From: a virus
Taxonomy: Duplodnaviria; Heunggongvirae; Uroviricota; Caudoviricetes
IMG/VR virus record: IMGVR_UViG_2700989044_000001
Coordinates: 1 to 11,682 of that record
Length of the DNA: 11,682 nt
Strand: one strand, 5' to 3'
Of the stretch, positions 6,287 through 11,682 are shown piece by piece (the stretch's first letter is position 1; the number at the start of each line of letters is the position of its first letter). Under the pieces are notes generated by a model that was not told where the DNA came from, did not search any database, and saw only the letters and a list, made by a program, of their open reading frames with translations. Made by a program: the position numbers and the translations under genes.

Positions 6287-9079
6287 ATGGGAAAATTTAC
6301 AAGTTCGAACTTGTTCACTCAGAATAATAAAGAGAGTGTTCCAACTTGGATGAGCGAACTGGCTGATAATTTAGATGTTACAGAAAAAGAAATAGTAAAC
6401 TGGGAAACAGAGAAAAGAGGTATTTTTGCTGAATCTCAACAAGTTTACCGTCCAGAAGTTACAGCCGATCCACGTTCAATGACAAAGAATTACAATGAAA
6501 GTAGATTAATTTCTGAAGCGAAAATTAATTTAGCTAGATTTCTAACTGGCAAATACTATAAAGTTCAAGCAGCTAATGCAGGTACAAGTTATGTTACATT
6601 AAATGTTAAATTAGATAGTATTGCAGCAGATTTCCAATTCCCTTATGAAATTAATGCATTAGGTAAATTAGCACAAGCTAATACATTTTATGCTAACGAG
6701 GGAGAATATCCATTTAATAAAGGTGGATTTGAAGAATGCGTAGCAGATATTAAGTCTGGTAGAATCAAAACATCTTCTCCCGCTGAAGCTGTTGGTAAAG
6801 CTTTCTTAATTAATAGAGAAGAAATTATTAGACGTTTCAATGGTTATTTAAGACCTGCAACTGAAAAAATTGATGAGCTATTATCTCAAGGAGTTATCAT
6901 AGGTGCTGGTAGTAACACATATGCTTCATTCCATGATGTTGATCAATTATTCCCTCAAATAGAAAAACAAGCTGGTTCTTCTAGAATGGAAGAATTTCAC
7001 TTTGCTCCTAACAAAGAGAAAGTTGCTTCAGCTGAATACAAAACTGCAAATTACTTATCTTTAGATGCTAGTAAAATACTTAGTGATTATTTTGATGATT
7101 ATAAAATCAAAAACAGCAATAGAGATAATAATGAACTATTAGTTAAGGCTACAATCTTGGGTAAAAACGGAATTAGAAAGAATGTTGATTTCTCATTTGC
7201 TATTGAAAATGAGAAAGTTGCTGGTTTAAAAATAGCTGAAATTGATGACAATAGGATGACTATTGCACAATTGATGAATTATTTAGAACAGATTGATAAT
7301 ACAATGCTAAATAAATATCTTTCAACTAACAAATCTGCCTCTAAACATATATATTCTGGCGTAGTTCTTACTAAAAAAGATATTAGTGGGAAATTATTAA
7401 AAGTCGTTGAGTCTAGTAAAGTTGATAATGTTATTAAAAATTGGATTTTAGGTGGTTTTTTAACTCCTATTAATAGTACAACTTATGCAACTGAATATAG
7501 TTTCCAAGAGTTGTTAGCTAATTCAAATGAGGAAGCTTTATCTGATGAACAAATTGAAGAAATTACCGCTGCTCAAAGTCATTTTGGTGAAGGTTTAGAA
7601 GTTGAGACTGATTTAGAAAAACCAAATGAAGAAGTAAGAGAAGTAGAAGATAAAGGTTCTGAAGAATTAAAATTGGTAAACGCTAATGTTTATTTAAGTA
7701 AGCATTTGAAAAAATATACAATAACATCAGCTAAACAAAACAATGAAGAAACTTACACCTTAGATGTAAATTTAATTAACGAAAAAACAGGTACAAGGCA
7801 TAATATTCCATTTGCAGTAAATTTTGATGGAACTAAAGTTACTAGCTGCACAGCTAAAATTGGTAATAAAAACGTATCAATTGAAAAGTTATTAGAATCA
7901 TTTGCTTCAAATGAAGTTTTATCTTTATACTTACAAGATAAAAAAGATAATTTAAATGCTGGCCCTATTGTTATGACAGAAGAAAATATGAAACGTAAAT
8001 TAGCTTCTGTTGTTACAAGTACTGCTATTGATTCAATTATCGAGAAATGGATTAAGAATAAAACGGTAGCAAAGATTAACAGTAATACTTTAGCTAGCCC
8101 TAATTCTTTTGAAGAATTATTAGCGAGTATTGATTCTAATTATTTAATTTCTGAAGAAGAACAAGATGTAGCTAATTATCAAAAGAAACATTTTGGTAAA
8201 AACATAAAAGTTAAAACTGATGAAGTTACCAAAGATACTGGTGTAAGAGAAGCCGAAGAACAAGCTTGGACAGTAGAAAAGAAAAATGCATTTGCTGCAA
8301 ACACTATTGGTAAAATGTTTAAAGATTATAGAATGGTATCAAGCTTTGATAAAGATGATACTAACTTCATTACGGTTGCTACTGTTGTTAATCCAATTAG
8401 TAGTTTAGTAACTAATTTATCTTTCAGATTCTCTCAAGAAGATGGAAAGTTAAAGAATGTTGTAGCTGTATCTGATGAAAACGGAGAAGAAGTAACAATT
8501 GATAAAATTGTAGAGTTATTTGAAAAACAAACTTCTGACATTAATAAACATTTTGTTGCTCATAATAAAACAGATAATAGAATTCATAATGCTAATTTGA
8601 TTAGTAAAACGAATTTAATCAATAAATTGAAAATGGTTGCTAAATCTGAAGATGTACCAGAAATTATTAACAACCTCATGAAAACGAGTGCTATTGAAGC
8701 TATTAACAGCGTTACTTATAGTAGCCAATATCCAATTAATGAATTGATTAATATTGCAAATTCTCAAGGTAAGTTAAATATAGATGCTGGTAAAGAGCAA
8801 ATGAAATTAGCAGCTGGTAGAAGTGAAGATCAAACAATATCGTTTAGTAATAAATATGAAATGGCAACCGATACGAGAAATTTAGATAGAACTGTTAGAG
8901 AGTTAACTCCTCAAATGATAGAAGCAAAAAATCGTTTAGAAACTACAATTAAAAAAGCTGCATCTGTTAAAAAGATCACTAACAAAACTGCTGAACTATT
9001 TACTTTGTCACTAAGTCAAGCTAAAACTGCAACAGATTTAGAGAATGTAGCAAAAGAACTTAAAAAATATTTAGGGTAA
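6287..9079 (+). CDS. Large hypothetical protein with four ~200-aa internal repeats, 930 aa
   Basis: AGGTGA SD (6274-6279) 7 nt upstream. Repeat cores AGSNTYASFHDVDQLF, INSTTYATEYSFQELL, INSNTLASPNSFEELL and INSVTYSSQYPINELI start at 6905, 7469, 8075 and 8702. Confidence 0.88.
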   Translation: MGKFTSSNLFTQNNKESVPTWMSELADNLDVTEKEIVNWETEKRGIFAESQQVYRPEVTADPRSMTKNYNESRLISEAKINLARFLTGKYYKVQAANAGTSYVTLNVKLDSIAADFQFPYEINALGKLAQANTFYANEGEYPFNKGGFEECVADIKSGRIKTSSPAEAVGKAFLINREEIIRRFNGYLRPATEKIDELLSQGVIIGAGSNTYASFHDVDQLFPQIEKQAGSSRMEEFHFAPNKEKVASAEYKTANYLSLDASKILSDYFDDYKIKNSNRDNNELLVKATILGKNGIRKNVDFSFAIENEKVAGLKIAEIDDNRMTIAQLMNYLEQIDNTMLNKYLSTNKSASKHIYSGVVLTKKDISGKLLKVVESSKVDNVIKNWILGGFLTPINSTTYATEYSFQELLANSNEEALSDEQIEEITAAQSHFGEGLEVETDLEKPNEEVREVEDKGSEELKLVNANVYLSKHLKKYTITSAKQNNEETYTLDVNLINEKTGTRHNIPFAVNFDGTKVTSCTAKIGNKNVSIEKLLESFASNEVLSLYLQDKKDNLNAGPIVMTEENMKRKLASVVTSTAIDSIIEKWIKNKTVAKINSNTLASPNSFEELLASIDSNYLISEEEQDVANYQKKHFGKNIKVKTDEVTKDTGVREAEEQAWTVEKKNAFAANTIGKMFKDYRMVSSFDKDDTNFITVATVVNPISSLVTNLSFRFSQEDGKLKNVVAVSDENGEEVTIDKIVELFEKQTSDINKHFVAHNKTDNRIHNANLISKTNLINKLKMVAKSEDVPEIINNLMKTSAIEAINSVTYSSQYPINELINIANSQGKLNIDAGKEQMKLAAGRSEDQTISFSNKYEMATDTRNLDRTVRELTPQMIEAKNRLETTIKKAASVKKITNKTAELFTLSLSQAKTATDLENVAKELKKYLG

Positions 9080-9093
9080 GTGAGGTGATTTAT

Positions 9094-9477
9094 TTGAAAA
9101 AGCCACATATTTCATCTAACAATAGAACTAATTGGTCTTCTCCAGAGGAGACCGTTAGTCAACCTGTTGGTATTAATTATCAACAATTAATAAAAGATAT
9201 TGAGAAAAAAAATATTAAAAGAGAAAGTTCTTTAGTTAGAAAAGATTTAAGGAAAGATTTAAGAAAGACATCATTTCGTGATGAACATTTTTCTAATGAG
9301 TTAGAAAAGAATGATTCTGTAAATAAATTAGATCAAAAGAGTATTATTCCTATTCCTGGAGTAATGTTCGATACGCTTGAAAACAATGATGGTTATAGCG
9401 GGAAGTCAGGTAACTGGAACGATGTAACTAATAATCAACTTACAAATGGTCCACAATGGAATCCTATGACATTTTAA
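9094..9477 (+). CDS. Hypothetical protein, 127 aa
   Basis: Start moved to TTG 9094, with GAGGTG at 9082-9087 6 nt upstream. The GTG 9085 call lies inside the SD. Basic RKDL repeats then KTSF, followed by an Asn/Gly/Pro-rich tail. Confidence 0.75.
   Translation: MKKPHISSNNRTNWSSPEETVSQPVGINYQQLIKDIEKKNIKRESSLVRKDLRKDLRKTSFRDEHFSNELEKNDSVNKLDQKSIIPIPGVMFDTLENNDGYSGKSGNWNDVTNNQLTNGPQWNPMTF
9238..9267 (+). repeat. In-frame 12-bp tandem repeat encoding RKDL-RKDL-RK
   Basis: AGAAAAGATTTA AGGAAAGATTTA AGAAAG, read directly. Confidence 0.7.
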
Positions 9478-9488
9478 GTTATAATCGC

Positions 9489-9504
9489 TATGGTTTATAA
9501 AACT
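9489..9504 (+). promoter_or_regulatory. Intergenic motif TATGGTTTATAAAACT (copy 1), candidate promoter/operator element
   Basis: Matches the motif at 10207-10221 apart from a 1-nt indel, and both copies are intergenic. Confidence 0.35.
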
Positions 9505-9523
9505 GCGACTGGCGGTGATAGTA

Positions 9524-9931
9524 TTGACAAGGTTAAAAAAGATAAAACAGCTAGAAGGAAAAAGTTCAAGTAAATTGAGTAAAGTTGCAGCTGCAATGTA
9601 CGATATTGAAACTGAGATTCTGAATAGTGGAGATGCTATTGGCATTTCCGCTAGAACTGTAAATTGGAAGCCTTGGTTTCAAGTATACATAGAATACGGA
9701 ACTGGAACAAGTTCTTTCTATGATGGTCCCGACGCTGATAGAGCTTTTGGTGTTTATAAAGATTTACTTTTAGCATTTAAAGGAGTCAAGGCAGCTGAAA
9801 ATTTTGCTAAAAATATATCTAAATATGAAAAGCAATTAGAAATGTTTACGAATTCACCGGGAAACAAGGGATTAGACAATTATTATCATAACTTATTATT
9901 AAAAAGACCAAGTTTCTTAGGGTATTTCTAA
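9524..9931 (+). CDS. Hypothetical protein, 135 aa
   Basis: Start moved to TTG 9524, with GGCGGTG at 9511-9517 6 nt upstream. Basic leader MTRLKKIKQLEGKSSSKLSKVAA followed by a compact aromatic-rich domain. Confidence 0.78.
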   Translation: MTRLKKIKQLEGKSSSKLSKVAAAMYDIETEILNSGDAIGISARTVNWKPWFQVYIEYGTGTSSFYDGPDADRAFGVYKDLLLAFKGVKAAENFAKNISKYEKQLEMFTNSPGNKGLDNYYHNLLLKRPSFLGYF

Positions 9932-9951
9932 AAGAAATATGAGGTGAAATA

Positions 9952-10170
9952 ATGAAAAAATCCAGATTAAAGAAGGTTTCGTTTGATGGTGGTGGAGGTA
10001 ATCCAGCTGGTGGAGATTTCCCAATGCCAATTCTTTTAAATGGCCCAATGGAAAAAGTTGACAATAAAGATGAAATCAATCAAGTAACTTTTGGACCATC
10101 TATTTCAAGAGAATGGTTATTTGAAAAACCTCTGGATAATCCCGAGTGGAGTTTAAGGAGTTCTGATTAA
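9952..10170 (+). CDS. Small hypothetical protein, 72 aa
   Basis: GAGGTG (9941-9946) 5 nt before the ATG. Basic leader MKKSRLKKVS, then a Gly/Pro/acidic peptide. Confidence 0.75.
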   Translation: MKKSRLKKVSFDGGGGNPAGGDFPMPILLNGPMEKVDNKDEINQVTFGPSISREWLFEKPLDNPEWSLRSSD

Positions 10171-10206
10171 AAAAAAGAATAAAATTTTATTAAAAATAAT
10201 ATATTT

Positions 10207-10221
10207 TATGGTTTTAAAACT
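10207..10221 (+). promoter_or_regulatory. Intergenic motif TATGGTTTTAAAACT (copy 2), containing the perfect palindrome GTTTTAAAAC
   Basis: Near-identical to 9489-9504 and lies upstream of the acidic-protein gene. Confidence 0.35.
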
Positions 10222-10275
10222 AATAATAATAGTAGGTCTAAATAAATAATTGAAAATTTTTAGGAGTTGACAAGA

Positions 10276-11457
10276 ATGAAGAATAAGTCTGTTTCATCAT
10301 CAAATAAAGGTTTTGCGGGCTGGATAGAAGATTTCATCACTGGTTTAGCTAATAAAGAGGCTAATTTAAATAATCAAAATACTGAAGAAGAAGTATTAGC
10401 GGAAATTAATCTTAAAGATTTAGATAAAGTTGTTTGGAAAGAAGAATCTTTTGGTGTTCATTTTGATGAAAAAGGTGCAAGTCTCATTAATGAATTTGGA
10501 AATGTAGTAAGAACTTTACAAGATTGCAAAACAATTGAAGAAGTCGATAAACAGCTTAATAGTAGTGAAGTTATTGTTGCGAGCGATGAAGGGTTTGATG
10601 ATGAAGAAGAAGATTTAACTATTGAGTTAGATAAGATCGCAAATTCTCTTGCTGAAGAAAATGTAGAAATGACTAACACTACACCTGAACATGTTGATAA
10701 TTCACAAAATACGGTTGTACCAGAACAAACTGAACAAGTAAACCAAACAGAACAAACTACAACTGCTTCTACAGAAGATGAAACTGAAAAAGTTGAAGAA
10801 AAAGAAGATGACGCTGTAATAGCAGCTATTGCTGATGGTTTTGAACAATTAGAAGCAAATGTTGCCGCGTTAACTGAACGTTTAGCTTTAATTGAGCAAG
10901 AATATGCTCGTAATCCAGTAATAGAAGATATTTCTACTAACTCTAATGAAGAAGAAGTTAAACATTTTACAGAAACTGCAGATGAAACTGCTAAAAATAT
11001 AGCTAATGAAAATGCTGTTGATATTACTTCCCCTGCTGGAAGAGTTGAATTATCTAACCAATCTAAAGAAACATCAGAAGTTCAAGATATTGTTACACAG
11101 GATACTCCAAAAACTACTGAAAATGTTGAACTTACTACTGAAGAATCTACTGAACAAGAATTAAAACAAGAAGATTCTGAAGCTGTAGAAGAAGTTAAAG
11201 AAGAAAAACCAGAAGAAAACAAAGAAGAAGAAAAAACTGCGAATACTCAAGATAATGAAGATATCGAAGAAGAACCAAAAGTTGAAAAACTTGCTGGCGT
11301 GGCAGAAAAGATTTTCCAAAAAGGTATTTGTCCTGAATCTGGAGAAGAATTAGTTAAATCTAAAACTGTTGGTAACTTCTTAGGTGTTTATTCTACTGCT
11401 GGTGTCGAGTATGCTGTTGATTTAAATTCTGGTGAAATTTTTAAATACTTAAAATAA
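10276..11457 (+). CDS. Highly acidic, low-complexity protein with a central coiled coil (scaffold/internal-head-protein-like), 393 aa
   Basis: Start moved to ATG 10276, with AGGAG at 10262-10266 9 nt upstream. TTG 10267 abuts the SD. Very E/D/T/N-rich, heptad FEQLEANVAALTERLALIEQEYAR, small C-terminal domain GICPESGEELVKS...EYAVDLNSGEIFKY. The scaffold role is inference. Confidence 0.8.
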   Translation: MKNKSVSSSNKGFAGWIEDFITGLANKEANLNNQNTEEEVLAEINLKDLDKVVWKEESFGVHFDEKGASLINEFGNVVRTLQDCKTIEEVDKQLNSSEVIVASDEGFDDEEEDLTIELDKIANSLAEENVEMTNTTPEHVDNSQNTVVPEQTEQVNQTEQTTTASTEDETEKVEEKEDDAVIAAIADGFEQLEANVAALTERLALIEQEYARNPVIEDISTNSNEEEVKHFTETADETAKNIANENAVDITSPAGRVELSNQSKETSEVQDIVTQDTPKTTENVELTTEESTEQELKQEDSEAVEEVKEEKPEENKEEEKTANTQDNEDIEEEPKVEKLAGVAEKIFQKGICPESGEELVKSKTVGNFLGVYSTAGVEYAVDLNSGEIFKYLK

Positions 11458-11565
11458 TCTAGATATTGAAAAAGAATTATAGCATGGTAATTAACTTATA
11501 AAAACAAAGTGCATATTATTTAATATTAGATTATTCAGAACTGTTACGAAGGAGAAAGTAATATA

Positions 11566-11682
11566 ATGAGTAGAAAAAGACGTTTAATAAGTCAATATGA
11601 TAATAATATGAATGATATGGACTTTTTAATGAGTTTAGATCCTGATTTAAGAGAATATTTTGATGACGGTAATCGATTATTA
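11566..11682 (+). CDS. Hypothetical protein, 5' fragment running off the window (MSRKRRLISQYDNNMNDMDFLMSLDPDLREYFDDGNRLL...)
   Basis: AAGGAG at 11549-11554, ATG at 11566, and 39 open codons to the window end. It again has a basic N-terminal leader. Confidence 0.7.
   Translation, partial: MSRKRRLISQYDNNMNDMDFLMSLDPDLREYFDDGNRLL

Larger units (their letters stand above)
1..11682 (+). mobile_element. Segment of a large tailed dsDNA phage genome (packaging/late-gene region), probably a jumbo phage infecting a low-GC Firmicute
   Basis: Terminase large subunit, a sigma factor and a run of co-oriented hypothetical genes with no housekeeping genes. Firmicute-type SD sequences (AAGGAGG, GAGGTG) and low GC. 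Jumbo status is inferred from the phage-borne sigma and peptidase and the large unknown proteins. Confidence 0.88.

Noticed and set aside
9535-9541. Second in-phase A_AAA_AAG heptamer
   Set aside because: The -1 frame stops after about ten codons (DKTARRKKFK*). It is best explained as a by-product of Leu-Lys-Lys codons.
10267-10275. Apparent MTRMK leader on the acidic protein matching the RLKK motif
   Set aside because: TTG 10267 abuts the SD with zero spacing. The likely start is ATG 10276, so it was not counted as a motif instance.
4362-10679. Other minus-strand ORFs in the track (4362-4730, 4808-5026, 5944-6168, 9406-9645, 9846-10079, 10458-10679)
   Set aside because: All overlap better-supported + strand genes and have the hydrophobic low-complexity composition expected from the reverse complement of AT-rich coding DNA.
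11453-11535. Inverted repeat AATAATCTA / TAGATTATT flanking the last intergenic region
   Set aside because: Only 9 bp perfect, nearly all A/T, with a ~65-nt loop. This is expected by chance at this composition.
1-11682. CRISPR array, tRNA/rRNA genes, transposases
   Set aside because: No regularly spaced repeats, cloverleaf or rRNA-like sequence, or transposase motifs were seen, and intergenic gaps are short.

Overview
An AT-rich (roughly 28-30% GC by eye), densely coding window with all credible genes on the + strand. It reads as part of a large tailed dsDNA phage of a Firmicute host, most likely a jumbo myovirus. Evidence: terminase motifs, strong GGAGG/GAGGTG ribosome-binding sites, a sigma factor and a LysM domain. 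Gene order: large terminase subunit, intrinsic terminator, M16B zinc metallopeptidase, sigma-70-family sigma factor coupled to it, then about nine hypothetical genes that look like late/virion (head-associated) genes. These include a LysM protein, a 930-aa protein with four ~200-aa internal repeats, two small Gly/Pro-rich proteins and a very acidic scaffold-like protein. The most notable signals are three. (1) An A9 / A_AAA_AAG slippery site just before the stop of the LysM gene, whose -1 frame runs without a stop into an ORF lacking a ribosome-binding site. (2) A recurring basic '[ST]R[LI]KK' signature plus [KR]-x-[AS] motifs at domain junctions in the late proteins, suggesting shared proteolytic maturation. 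(3) A peptidase of the mitochondrial-processing-peptidase family sitting directly between terminase and sigma, where a portal gene is more usual. No rRNA, tRNA, CRISPR array, intein or transposase was seen. Several starts in the supplied ORF track were moved based on RBS spacing. No database search was possible, so novelty is unverified.
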